A stretch of 57,055 bases of DNA from Gammaproteobacteria bacterium (GCA_011620135.1 WOZS01000040.1:5341-62395), one strand, 5' to 3'. Shown: positions 1-12,272, counted from the stretch's first letter. Translations and numbers: made by a program. The notes: a model not told the origin generated them from the letters alone.

Positions 1-86
1 TCGCTCCTGACGCCGATCATGGCCTTGGCCTGTTCATAGCTGCCCTGGGCAATAGGCAACCCCGTGCGATCGGCTGCATGCTTCAT
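1..86 (-). CDS. 5' end of a CDS running off the window (MKHAADRTGLPIAQGSYEQAKAMIGVRS...); product uncertain, possibly a MaoC/FAS1-like dehydratase N-terminus
   Basis: ATG at 86 preceded by AAGGAG with 5-nt spacing; open frame to the window edge. Product guess rests on only 28 residues. Confidence 0.5.
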   Translation of the reverse strand, partial: MKHAADRTGLPIAQGSYEQAKAMIGVRS

Positions 87-357
87 GTCCACTCCTTAGA
101 AAGGCATGGCAAGGCATGAATCCCCATGGGAAGCGACATCATGCAACCATGCGTGGTCATCACATCATTGATAGGTACTGCCCGGGTCGCTGTCAAGGCA
201 ACAGGCAGCCAATACCATAAACCAGCTCCCCAGGGCGCCATTTTCCGTCATGAAGCTGGGCAAGCCCCTTGACCAGGTTGCGGTCAAGACCCGTATCCCC
301 GCACAACCGGGGGCGGCGCGTGCTGCGCCCGTTGTACCAAGATGCGCAGCAGGTTTC

Positions 358-1452
358 TCAGGGCATCCGGGCCAGGATGGCCACAGGACCACCCCCCAGG
401 GGGCCATGGTGTTCGGCCCGGGTGGAGACATAGACTGCGGTCTCGCCGGTCAGGGTTGCCAGCACCGTGGAGACCACAGCGCGGGCATGGCGGGTATCGG
501 CGATGTCATCGTCACTCCACATGGTGTGGCGCCGGCTGCGCACGCTGCCCCGGGGATCGGCATCGGCCTTGGCGAAGATGCCCACCAGACGCGCGGTCTC
601 CTGGGGCCTGAGCTGGCGCGATGCGTCGAAACCCAGCTGTGTCAGCACGGCGCGTACCGCCTCTGCATCGATGATGTCCTGCATGACGCCATGGGCCATG
701 ACCAGGTCGCCGCCATAATGGGCCACGTTGGCGAAGAGCACGATCTCGCTGCGCACCAGACCTGGCTTGGAAGAGCAGCTGGCCACGGAGGAAAAGAGCG
801 TGTAATCCCTGGCAATCCGCTCGTCGGTGATCTCGTCTGATGCCACCTCGCCTGTGGCCACGGCGACACCCAGGGCGCTGGCGGCCCGGGAATGGACCAT
901 ATCGCAGCGCAGGGGCTGCCCTGCTGCAGCGGCAGCGTGCTGCTCGGCGGCGCTCACCGCAGGAATGGCTCCTTTGATCTGCACCAGGTGCACATCGGCC
1001 GGAGCGGCCACCGCCAGCTCCTGCATCAGGCGGCGCACCGTGCTGGCTGTCTCCTGGACCATGGCCACGCGCCCCACCTCATGGGGCGCAAAGTCCCTGG
1101 TATGGCCCACCGCCACGGCGAGACGCTTGCTGCCCGGCTGTGGCGTGCCCTCGTCGAGACGCGCCAGCACCAGCACATGGGGCGAGACCACCCCTTCTGT
1201 GCCGCCGGAAAAGGACAACACCACCTGCTCCTCGATGGCCTCCCGGCTGCTGCCGGCAGCCTCTGCCAGGCAGTCGGCATAGGCGCGCACCGCAAGCTCC
1301 CTGGAAAAATCATTGCGCCCGCCGTTTCCTTCGGTCTTGCCGATCACGGCGATCACCTGAGCCGCCTCGATCTCGCCCTGGTCAAGTACGGTCTGCAGGG
1401 CCGCGCAGTCCGATGGGGAAGCAGTGAGCAGGCGCCGCGCCCAGATGCGCAT
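358..1452 (-). CDS. Ring-opening amidohydrolase, cyanuric acid hydrolase (AtzD)/barbiturase family
   Basis: Family motifs GKTEGNG..NDFSR, SGGTEG..SPH, QIK, SRAASALGVA, ASCS, FAKA, RRHTM..D.DI, RHARA, EHHGP.GGGPV. Start placed at ATG 1452, which overlaps the upstream stop (ATGA); 364 aa fits the family size. Confidence 0.9.
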   Translation of the reverse strand: MRIWARRLLTASPSDCAALQTVLDQGEIEAAQVIAVIGKTEGNGGRNDFSRELAVRAYADCLAEAAGSSREAIEEQVVLSFSGGTEGVVSPHVLVLARLDEGTPQPGSKRLAVAVGHTRDFAPHEVGRVAMVQETASTVRRLMQELAVAAPADVHLVQIKGAIPAVSAAEQHAAAAAGQPLRCDMVHSRAASALGVAVATGEVASDEITDERIARDYTLFSSVASCSSKPGLVRSEIVLFANVAHYGGDLVMAHGVMQDIIDAEAVRAVLTQLGFDASRQLRPQETARLVGIFAKADADPRGSVRSRRHTMWSDDDIADTRHARAVVSTVLATLTGETAVYVSTRAEHHGPLGGGPVAILARMP

Positions 1453-2030
1453 CAGCCCGTTACCTGGATGGTAACCCCCAGGTGACGGGCCAGCTCCAGC
1501 TTGTAGACATCGCCTGTGTCCATGTCCTGAGGACTGGCCATGGCAGCAAGCGCCTCCACCACCTCGGCCGAGTTCATGGTCAGCACCACCACGGGATTGG
1601 CGAGCGCCAGGGGAAAATCGTGCCAGGTGCCACAATGGAGGATGATGCCGTGGCCTGGGGGAAAGCGCAACGCCGTCAACTGGTTCAGGTCTGGGGTCTT
1701 ACCCTGGGGATTGGGCTTGCCCAGCACCAGGGCGAACGGCTCCCCGCCCAGACCTACGAACAATTGGCTCAGGCGCAGGTGGCGCTCCAGCCAGAAGACC
1801 TCCATGGGCCGGGGGCTGATGCGCGCGGTGCGCACCACGCAGCGTTCGTGATAGTGAAAGTCCAGGTTGGCGCCTTCTTCCACGCTGCCCTTGTAGAACG
1901 GAATGGCAAGCCCGGGGCGATGTACGGTCTCACCCAGCATCACGCCATAGGGTGCTACGCGTTCTGCAGTGGCGTCCTCCAGGGGGAGGGCATGCACAAC
2001 TGGTGCAGTGGCCTGGTGTGTTGTCGACAT
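1452..2030 (-). CDS. Ureidoglycolate lyase/hydrolase-like cupin protein
   Basis: LERH..SQLF motif, F..G.GI.LH.GTWHDFP motif, 192 aa. Confidence 0.8.
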   Translation of the reverse strand: MSTTHQATAPVVHALPLEDATAERVAPYGVMLGETVHRPGLAIPFYKGSVEEGANLDFHYHERCVVRTARISPRPMEVFWLERHLRLSQLFVGLGGEPFALVLGKPNPQGKTPDLNQLTALRFPPGHGIILHCGTWHDFPLALANPVVVLTMNSAEVVEALAAMASPQDMDTGDVYKLELARHLGVTIQVTG

Positions 2031-2072
2031 GCTTTTCTCCAGATTTGCTGCAAGGATGCGATGTATCCAGGC

Positions 2073-2546
2073 TCAGTATCCGCTGTCGCGATTGATCTGC
2101 CGATCATGCTGGTCCTGTCTGTCCTGCAATTTTTTCTCCAGGCTCTGGCGAATCCCGAATAGGTCGGGCCGCTCATCGCCCGTGTGGCTCGGGTCCAGCT
2201 GTCCCTGTGCCGTTCGTGTCTGCTGTGTTTCTGGGGCCATGGTGAAGGCTGGTGGGACAACGGGCGCAGGGCTCACGGCACGCGGTGCATCAACCATGAT
2301 GCGCTCTGCACCGCGTTGCGGTCTATCCGAGAGGTGCTCGACGCCGTCGGCATCCGTCCAGTGATAGAGCACTGTCCTGGCGGTCTTGGGCTGTGGATCG
2401 CCCCAGCCGAAGGGCAGGTGGTCGTTCAAGACGGCGCGCAACTGCTGCATGCGATGTCCCAGGGCACCATCCTGCAGCCTGTTGTAGCCAATCCACAACG
2501 CCAGGGCCAGCAGGGCGCCAAACCAAAAAAAAAGCGATCGAGCCAT
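2073..2546 (-). CDS. DUF4124-domain membrane-anchored protein
   Basis: N-terminal hydrophobic helix; LYHWTDADGVEHLSDRP is the typical DUF4124 signature; GGAG upstream. Confidence 0.8.
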   Translation of the reverse strand: MARSLFFWFGALLALALWIGYNRLQDGALGHRMQQLRAVLNDHLPFGWGDPQPKTARTVLYHWTDADGVEHLSDRPQRGAERIMVDAPRAVSPAPVVPPAFTMAPETQQTRTAQGQLDPSHTGDERPDLFGIRQSLEKKLQDRQDQHDRQINRDSGY

Positions 2547-2654
2547 GGCCTATCTCCCTCCAGACGGACTGTGTCTTCCTGCTTGATCTGCCCCGCAGCA
2601 CGCCTGGAATCACGGGCCGCACCCCTTGGCCCGCTCGCCATGTCATGACCATGA

Positions 2655-4163
2655 TCAGAAATAGTAAAACACAAACAAACCGATCTTCCAGGGATCGGCG
2701 GCACGGCTGCCGGTTTCCCTGTCATTATAGAGATCACCTGCAAAAATGTAGTCCATTTCCTGCATCACGGAAAGATGCTTCGTGAAGAAATATTCAAGCG
2801 TGGCATCCAGCTCGGTGCCCACGTCCCTGTTTCCATTGCCCCCAAAGCGCCGAGGACTGCCCTTGGTGGCCCAGAGCTTGTAGAGCCCGGCATCCACCGT
2901 GAGGTTCGGGCTGATCCAGGGAAGAGTGGTCTTGAGGTAGGGCCCCAGCATCTGTACCCCAAGCTTCATGCCGGTGTTGGGGTCGATGGCGGTGAGCTGG
3001 TAGTTATAGGTCAACGACCAGCCATAGTCGAAGAACAGGTATGAGCCCAAATAGTCGCCATCCACCCCCCACCAAGCGCTGTCCTTGTTGTCGCCGGGGT
3101 TGTTGTCCCCGCTGGAATAGGCGTATTTCAGTCCTGCCTGGGGATTGCTCATGAAGCCCAGGCTAGGCCCCTCGGCCAGCTTATAGTCCAGGGTCAGCAC
3201 AGCAGCGCTGGCATCCCGGTTGAGGCGCTTTTCGTCAAGATTGGTCTTGCCGTCCAGGTAGATGGCGTTGGCGGTGAAGCCCCAGGGTGCTGGGTCCTTC
3301 TGCAGGTAGGCGCCGGTATAGTTGCTGTTTGAATGATTCCCACCCAATCCTGGATACTGGACGTTCTTTTTGTCCCGCACCAGATATTCGTAGAGCTTGA
3401 AGCGGGTGGTGGCATTGATGCGATAGACGCTCTCCAGCGTCCACAGGTTGATCTCGTCGCTGAAATAGCTGTGCCCCAGGTCAAGGTAACCCAGGCGCAA
3501 CGCCACAGGGTCCAGCAGGTCGGTGGTGGAGACCAGCACGCCTTCATAGCCATCGGCAATATGCCGGTCGTCATCGCCGTTGGCCTTGCTGGCGATCCCC
3601 ATGCCACCGTTGCCCCCAAGCACCAGTGTGTTGGGATCACTCCAGGCGCTGTGCCATTCGGTATACACCGGTTCATTGAAGGGCAGCATGCCGGCCTGGA
3701 TGCGTATCCCGTGGGTGAGATAATCCGCATAGAGAAAATCCACCAGGTTGTTGGGCGTTTGGCCTTGGGAAACCGTGCCGGTCATGATGTCGGCGCGCAT
3801 GTGAAAGGACAGGTTATCGCCGGTATACAGGTGCAGCCAGGGGCGGATACGGATGTATTCGTCCTCTATCCGATCCCCTTTCTGAAAGGAACTGCTGGGC
3901 CTGAAGCCGCCCTGGCCATCGGGCTCGAAGCCGCTGACCACCTCACCTGCCCCATAGCTGGTGGTATAGGTGGCCGCGTTGTTCAAAAAAGGACTCAGCT
4001 GGGCATTGTAGAATCCGGCAAAGGTATACCCCCCTACCTCCAGGCGCATGCCATTGCTGAAGGTGAAGTTGAGGTCCTCCCAGTCATTCTTGGCCGCTGG
4101 CTCCTGGGCTATCGCCGTGCCACAGACCAACCAGAGCATCACAAGCCGCCACTCGTTTTTCAT
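2655..4163 (-). CDS. Uncharacterised outer-membrane beta-barrel protein (alginate-export/porin-like)
   Basis: Sec signal ending AIA-Q, aromatic-rich alternating strands, DVGTELDATLEY strand, C-terminal Phe (FVFYYF). Start at ATG 4163 with GAGAGGGG upstream. Confidence 0.75.
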   Translation of the reverse strand: MKNEWRLVMLWLVCGTAIAQEPAAKNDWEDLNFTFSNGMRLEVGGYTFAGFYNAQLSPFLNNAATYTTSYGAGEVVSGFEPDGQGGFRPSSSFQKGDRIEDEYIRIRPWLHLYTGDNLSFHMRADIMTGTVSQGQTPNNLVDFLYADYLTHGIRIQAGMLPFNEPVYTEWHSAWSDPNTLVLGGNGGMGIASKANGDDDRHIADGYEGVLVSTTDLLDPVALRLGYLDLGHSYFSDEINLWTLESVYRINATTRFKLYEYLVRDKKNVQYPGLGGNHSNSNYTGAYLQKDPAPWGFTANAIYLDGKTNLDEKRLNRDASAAVLTLDYKLAEGPSLGFMSNPQAGLKYAYSSGDNNPGDNKDSAWWGVDGDYLGSYLFFDYGWSLTYNYQLTAIDPNTGMKLGVQMLGPYLKTTLPWISPNLTVDAGLYKLWATKGSPRRFGGNGNRDVGTELDATLEYFFTKHLSVMQEMDYIFAGDLYNDRETGSRAADPWKIGLFVFYYF

Positions 4164-4200
4164 AGCCACCCCTCTCATACGCCTGTTGGGTGGCACAGGA

Positions 4201-4217
4201 TGCAGTTTTCTTGCCAA
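4201..4217 (-). promoter_or_regulatory. Candidate sigma54 (RpoN) -24/-12 promoter for the beta-barrel gene
   Basis: Minus strand TTGGCAAGAAAACTGCA: exact GG-N10-GC spacing, close to YTGGCACG-N4-TTGCW, about 40 nt upstream of the ATG. Confidence 0.6.
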
Positions 4218-4309
4218 ACATCAAATAAAGACAGGAAAGACGCTGGCTCAATAGCGGGCAAGAGGCCCAGACAAGAGCCAGGGTGTCCTGCTGAAGAGAG
4301 AGGTCTTGC

Positions 4310-4344
4310 TGACTGTGATCATATTTTAATTTTAATCACAGTCA
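4310..4344. promoter_or_regulatory. Perfect 10-bp inverted repeat (TGACTGTGAT-N15-ATCACAGTCA); candidate activator-binding site or aspS terminator
   Basis: Read directly; AT-rich spacer; about 100-130 bp upstream of the sigma54 motif and just after the aspS stop. Confidence 0.55.
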
Positions 4345-4347
4345 TGG

Positions 4348-6159
4348 TCATGAAGGATGGCGTGAGGGGTTTGGTGCCAGACGCAGGCCCAGCTCGGCCA
4401 GTTGTTCTGGGGTTGCTGTTCCCGGGGCGTCGGTCAGTGGACAATGCGCCGTCTGGGTCTTGGGAAAGGCGATGACCTCCCGCAAAGAGGCCGCCTTGAT
4501 CATGAGCATGACCAGGCGATCGAAGCCAAAGGCGATGCCGCCATGGGGCGGGGCCCCGCAGGCCAGCGCGCTCAGGAAAAAGCCGAACTGGTCGGCGATG
4601 GCCGCCTCATCGAGGCCCAACGCCTGGAACACCGTCTGCTGAAGATTGGCGTCGTGGGTACGGATGGAGCCCCCGCCGATCTCGACGCCATTGAGCACCA
4701 TGTCGTAGGCCCGGGCGCGGACCGCACCAGGGTCCTGGAACAGCAGGGCTTCCTCGTTCGGCCCAAGCTGGGGGGCGGTGAAGGGATGATGGCAGGCTGT
4801 GTGGCGCTTTGACTTGTCATCCCATTCGAACATGGGAAAATCAAAGACCCACAGCGGATACCAGCCCGGCCTGGTGAGTCCCAGATCCTCGCCAAGACGC
4901 AACCGCAAGGCCCCCAGCGAGGCGTGCACCATGGCTGCAGGTCCGGCACCAAAAAACAGGAGATCACCCCGGGCAGCTCCTGTGGCCTGCTGGATGGCCT
5001 GCTGCTCTGCCTCGCTCAGGAACTTGAGGATGGGGGACTGCCAGGAGCCATCGGTATTGATCTTGATGTAGGCCAACCCCTTGGCGCCATGGCTTGCCAC
5101 GAGGTTGGTGTACTGGTCGATGGCCGAGCGGCTGATGCCGGCGCCATCGGGAACCCGCATGGCGGCGAGGCGCGACCCGCTGGCATTGGCTGCCTCGGCA
5201 AACACCTTGAAGGCGCTGTCCTTGAACGCGGGGGCCAGTTCCACCATCTCAAGAGGATTGCGCAGGTCGGGGCGGTCGCTGCCATAGCGGCTCATGGCCT
5301 CGGCATGGCTCATGCGTGGAAAAGGATCGGGCAGGCTCTCGCCCAGTACCTCATGGAACAAGGTGCGGATCATGGCTTCGCTGAGCGCCATCACGTCGGC
5401 CTCATTGACGAAGGCCATCTCCATGTCCAGCTGGGTGAACTCGGGCTGGCGGTCGGCGCGCAGGTCCTCGTCCCGAAAGCAGCGCACGATCTGGTAGTAG
5501 CGATCCAGGCCGCCCACCATGAACAACTGCTTGAACAACTGCGGTGATTGGGGCAGGGCAAAGAAGTGCCCCGGATGGGTGCGGCTCGGCACCAGGTAAT
5601 CCCGGGCACCCTCAGGCGTGCTGCGGGTCAGGATGGGGGTTTCGATCTCCAGAAAACCGCGCTCGTCCAAAAAGCGTCGCAACACCCGGGCCGCCATGGC
5701 ACGTACCACCAGCGCATGCTGCGTGGCAGGTCGGCGCAGGTCGAGATAACGGTAGCGCAGTCGCAGTGCCTCGGCCACCTCCTCGTCCATGGTGAAAGGC
5801 AGGCCATGGGCCTGGGCCAGCACCACGAGACGGGCTGCGGCAAGCTCCACCTCGCCTGTGGCCAGTTTATCGTTTTCCGTGCCGGCAGGACGGCGCCGCA
5901 CCACACCTGCCACCTGGATCACATCCTCGGTGCGCAGCCGTTCGGCCACGGCAAACGCCGCTGCCTCGACCGGGTCCACCACCAGCTGCACCAGGCCCAG
6001 GCGGTCGCGCAGGTCCACGAAGATGATACCGCCATGGTCGCGGCGGCGCTCCACCCAGCCGCACAGCCGCACCTGCTGGTCGATCAGGCTGGCATCCATC
6101 TCGCCGCAGGCATGGCTGCGCATGGTGGTTGCCGTGGTCCAGCTGCTTGGTCGTGGCAC
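4348..6159 (-). CDS. aspS: Aspartate--tRNA ligase (probably non-discriminating Asp/Asn type)
   Basis: MRSHACG, RRRDHGG, STPEGARDYLVPSR, LPQSPQLFKQ, FRDEDLRADRQPEFTQ, GAPPHGGIAFGFDRL; GTG start with AAGGAG (alternative ATG 6123). Confidence 0.98.
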   Translation of the reverse strand: MPRPSSWTTATTMRSHACGEMDASLIDQQVRLCGWVERRRDHGGIIFVDLRDRLGLVQLVVDPVEAAAFAVAERLRTEDVIQVAGVVRRRPAGTENDKLATGEVELAAARLVVLAQAHGLPFTMDEEVAEALRLRYRYLDLRRPATQHALVVRAMAARVLRRFLDERGFLEIETPILTRSTPEGARDYLVPSRTHPGHFFALPQSPQLFKQLFMVGGLDRYYQIVRCFRDEDLRADRQPEFTQLDMEMAFVNEADVMALSEAMIRTLFHEVLGESLPDPFPRMSHAEAMSRYGSDRPDLRNPLEMVELAPAFKDSAFKVFAEAANASGSRLAAMRVPDGAGISRSAIDQYTNLVASHGAKGLAYIKINTDGSWQSPILKFLSEAEQQAIQQATGAARGDLLFFGAGPAAMVHASLGALRLRLGEDLGLTRPGWYPLWVFDFPMFEWDDKSKRHTACHHPFTAPQLGPNEEALLFQDPGAVRARAYDMVLNGVEIGGGSIRTHDANLQQTVFQALGLDEAAIADQFGFFLSALACGAPPHGGIAFGFDRLVMLMIKAASLREVIAFPKTQTAHCPLTDAPGTATPEQLAELGLRLAPNPSRHPS

Positions 6160-6243
6160 GTGGCTCTCCTTAGGCTAGCCATTTAGGCTGCCATGTATGA
6201 TGCGACATGCGCCATGGCGGCGCGTGTGCTACAAAAGGCCAGA

Positions 6244-6618
6244 TCAGGCGGCTGCCGTATCGCCGCCCGAGGAACTGGTGGCGCTGCCCTTGGCAGGCTC
6301 GGTGCTTTTTTCCTTGGCGGCGCTGCCTTCTGGCTTCGTGGTCTCGCCCGGGGGTTCGGCCTTTTTCTTGTCCTTCTCGCCAGAGGCGGCGTTCCCTGAA
6401 CCGGACTCCTCGTCGCGCACCACATTGTGTCGCTTGTCGTTCTTGAAATCGGTTTCGTACCAGCCGGTGCCCTTGAGGCGAAAGCCGGCCTTGGAGACCA
6501 GCTTGCGCAGCTTAGGGGCGCCACAGGCCGGACAGGTGGTCAGCGGCTCCTCGGACATCTTCTGCAGCGCCTCATGGCGTTGACCACAAGCTGCACAGGC
6601 ATATTCATAGATGGGCAT
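6244..6618 (-). CDS. FmdB-family zinc-ribbon protein
   Basis: MPIYEY.C..CG...CP.CG..., [12 protein letters not shown]; usual position upstream of aspS. Confidence 0.93.
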   Translation of the reverse strand: MPIYEYACAACGQRHEALQKMSEEPLTTCPACGAPKLRKLVSKAGFRLKGTGWYETDFKNDKRHNVVRDEESGSGNAASGEKDKKKAEPPGETTKPEGSAAKEKSTEPAKGSATSSSGGDTAAA

Positions 6619-6686
6619 CTTTTTTCCTCACCAATCCCTCACAAACCCACAAGGCGTCTCATGCAAGGTGTTTCTACCACACAATC

Positions 6687-9293
6687 TCAGGCTACAGCCC
6701 GCTCCCGTTCGCTGAAAAACACCAAGCTACCCCCAGGGCCCGGCTCGGCCACGATCACATCGCCGGGTACAAAGCGGCCTTCCAGCAACGCCTTGGCCAA
6801 TGGATTTTCCAGGCGATGCTGGATCACGCGGCGCAGCGGCCGGGCGCCGTACACAGGATCGTAACCTGCCTCGCCCAGCTGGTCCAGGACCGCCTCGCTC
6901 AGCTTGAGGCTGAGCTGCCGTTCGGCCAACCGATCCCGCAGATGGGCCACCTGCAGGTCCACGATGCGCCGGATGTGCTCGCGGCCCAGGGGATGGAACA
7001 CCACCACCTCGTCGAGGCGGTTGATGAACTCGGGCCGGAAGTGCTGGGCGACGATCTCCAGCACCGCAGAGCGCATGCGCTGGTAATTCTCCTCGCCGGC
7101 CATCTCCTGGATGAGTTGCGAACCCAGGTTGGAGGTCATGACGATCACCGTATTGCGAAAGTCCACGGTGCGGCCCTGGCCGTCGGTGAGCCGGCCATCG
7201 TCCAGCACCTGCAGCAGCACGTTGAACACATCGGCATGGGCCTTTTCCACCTCGTCCAGCAGGATCACCGCATAGGGCCTGCGGCGTACCGCCTCGGTGA
7301 GATAGCCGCCTTCCTCATAGCCCACATAGCCGGGTGGAGCGCCGATGAGCCGGGCCACCGAGTGGCGCTCCATGAACTCCGACATGTCGATGCGGATCAT
7401 GGCTTGCTGGGAGTCGAACAGGAACTCGGCCAGGCGCTTGCAAAGCTCGGTCTTGCCCACGCCGGTGGGCCCGAGGAACAGAAACGAGCCATTGGGGCGG
7501 TTGGGGTCTGACAGGCCGGAGCGGGCACGGCGGATGGCATTGGACACGGCGGCCAGCGCCTCGTCCTGCCCCACCACGTGCTGGTGCAGCGCTTCTTCCA
7601 TGCGCAAGAGCTTCTGGCGCTCACCCTCGAGCATCTTGGAGACCGGAATACCGGTCCACTTGGAGACCACCTCGGCGATCTCCTCCTCACCCACGCGGTT
7701 GCGCAGCAGCTTGAAGGTGTGCTGGGCAGTGGGCGAACCAGCGCTGGAAAGCTGCTTTTCCAGCTCGGGGATCAGGCCATACTGCAGCTCGGCCATGCGA
7801 TTGAGATCACCGCTGCGCCGTGCCGCCTCCATGTCCACCCGGGCCTTGTCCAGTTGTTCCTTGATGGACTGCGCTCCTTGCACGGCGTTTTTCTCGGCCT
7901 TCCAGATCGTTTCCAGCTCCTGGTATTCCTTTTCCAATGTCTGGATCTGGGTCTCGAGGTCGCCGAGGCGCCGGCGCGAGGCCTCGTCGCTTTCCTTCTT
8001 GAGGGCCTCGCGCTCGATCTTGAGCTGGATGAGGCGTCGCTCCAGGCGATCCATGGCCTCGGGCTTGGAGTCGATCTCCATGCGGATGCGCGCGGCGGCC
8101 TCGTCGATCAAATCGATCGCCTTGTCGGGCAGTTGGCGGTCGGTGATATAGCGCTGGGAGAGGGTGGCGGCGGCCACGATGGCAGGATCGGTGATCTCCA
8201 CGCCATGGTGCACCTCGTAGCGCTCCTTCAAGCCCCGCAGGATGGCAATGGTGTCTTCCACCGAGGGCTCGCCCACCAACACCTTCTGGAAGCGCCGCTC
8301 CAGGGCCGCGTCCTTCTCGATGTAGCGCCGGTATTCATCCAGCGTGGTGGCCCCCACGCAATGCAACTCACCCCGGGCCAGCGCCGGCTTGAGCATGTTG
8401 CCGGCATCCATGGACCCCTCGGCACGCCCGGCGCCCACCAGGTTGTGGATCTCGTCGATGAACAGGATGATCTGGCCTTGCTGCTTGCCGATCTCCTTGA
8501 GCACCGTGGTCATGCGCTCCTCGAAATCACCGCGATACTTGGCGCCGGCCACCAAGGCGGCCATATCCAGCGCCAGGATGCGCTTGTCGCGCAGGGATTC
8601 GGGCACCTCGCCATTGACGATGCGCTGGGCAAGCCCTTCCACGATGGCGGTTTTGCCCACGCCGGGCTCGCCGATCAGCACCGGATTGTTCTTGGTGCGC
8701 CGTTGCAGCACCTGCACGGTGCGGCGGATCTCCTCGTCGCGGCCGATCACCGGGTCCAGCTTGCCCTGCTCGGCCCGGGCGGTGAGGTCTATGGTGTACT
8801 TGGACAGCGCGCCACGCGCCTCCTCGGCCTCGGGGCTCGTCACCGCCTCGCCACCGCGCACCTCATCCACGGCGCGCTGCAGGGCTTCCTTGGTGAGGCC
8901 CGCGGCCCGCAGCACGTCCTGATGACGGCCCGGCAGCTCAAATGCGGCAAGCCAGGCCATTTCGCTGGCTATGTACTGGTCGGCGCGCTGTTGCGCCAGC
9001 TTGTCGGCAATGTTGAGCAGGCGCACGGTATCGTTGGAAGGATGCACCTCGCCTGTGGCCGTGCCGCCTTGCACCTTGGGCAACTGGGCCAGCGCCTCCT
9101 TGAGGCGTCGCTGCAGGTTGTTGCGGTCGACACCGGCGCGCATGAGGATGTGGGGGATGCCGCCCTCGTCCCGGGCAACCATGGCAGCCAGCAGGTGCAG
9201 CGGTTCGATGGTGGGGTTGTCGGCGCCCACAGCCAGCGACTGGGCGTCGGCCAGGGCCATCTGAAATGGTGTGGTCAGGCGCTCGGCGCGCAT
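6687..9293 (-). CDS. clpB: ATP-dependent chaperone/disaggregase ClpB
   Basis: Two AAA+ modules ([16 protein letters not shown]), long middle coiled-coil domain, GAPPGYVGY; ATG 9293 with GGAGG. Confidence 0.98.
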   Translation of the reverse strand: MRAERLTTPFQMALADAQSLAVGADNPTIEPLHLLAAMVARDEGGIPHILMRAGVDRNNLQRRLKEALAQLPKVQGGTATGEVHPSNDTVRLLNIADKLAQQRADQYIASEMAWLAAFELPGRHQDVLRAAGLTKEALQRAVDEVRGGEAVTSPEAEEARGALSKYTIDLTARAEQGKLDPVIGRDEEIRRTVQVLQRRTKNNPVLIGEPGVGKTAIVEGLAQRIVNGEVPESLRDKRILALDMAALVAGAKYRGDFEERMTTVLKEIGKQQGQIILFIDEIHNLVGAGRAEGSMDAGNMLKPALARGELHCVGATTLDEYRRYIEKDAALERRFQKVLVGEPSVEDTIAILRGLKERYEVHHGVEITDPAIVAAATLSQRYITDRQLPDKAIDLIDEAAARIRMEIDSKPEAMDRLERRLIQLKIEREALKKESDEASRRRLGDLETQIQTLEKEYQELETIWKAEKNAVQGAQSIKEQLDKARVDMEAARRSGDLNRMAELQYGLIPELEKQLSSAGSPTAQHTFKLLRNRVGEEEIAEVVSKWTGIPVSKMLEGERQKLLRMEEALHQHVVGQDEALAAVSNAIRRARSGLSDPNRPNGSFLFLGPTGVGKTELCKRLAEFLFDSQQAMIRIDMSEFMERHSVARLIGAPPGYVGYEEGGYLTEAVRRRPYAVILLDEVEKAHADVFNVLLQVLDDGRLTDGQGRTVDFRNTVIVMTSNLGSQLIQEMAGEENYQRMRSAVLEIVAQHFRPEFINRLDEVVVFHPLGREHIRRIVDLQVAHLRDRLAERQLSLKLSEAVLDQLGEAGYDPVYGARPLRRVIQHRLENPLAKALLEGRFVPGDVIVAEPGPGGSLVFFSERERAVA

Positions 9294-9345
9294 GGCAGAC
9301 CCTCCTTGCATGGTTGATTCAAAAACATGTTACTTCCTGTACTAC

Positions 9346-9368
9346 CATGGGGGCGTTGTCTGCCGGTT

Positions 9369-9373
<5 letters not shown>
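9346..9373 (-). promoter_or_regulatory. Sigma32 (RpoH) heat-shock promoter of clpB
   Basis: Minus strand CTTGAA-N14-CCCCCAT matches the CTTGAA...CCCCAT consensus, about 55 nt upstream of clpB; the -35 overlaps the uvrA stop codon. Confidence 0.85.
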
Positions 9374-12206
<2,833 letters not shown>

Positions 12207-12272
12207 GAGGGCTTGCAGTGCATGATTCAGTCCAGAGAAGGTGACAACCGGCAAGGATTGGTCATCGACAGT

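Noticed and set aside
197-212. Sigma54-like motif TTGGCTGCCTGTTGC upstream of the left-edge gene
   Set aside because: GG-to-GC spacing is 9 nt, not the required 10.
7578-9317. Long antisense ORFs (e.g. 579 aa opposite clpB, 745 aa at 41591-43828 opposite topA, 535 aa at 47061-48668 opposite the sulfatase)
   Set aside because: Shadow frames expected from high-GC codon bias opposite clearly identified genes; no recognisable motifs.
12207-12272. LexA (SOS) box upstream of uvrA
   Set aside because: No CTGT-N8-ACAG-like site found on either strand.
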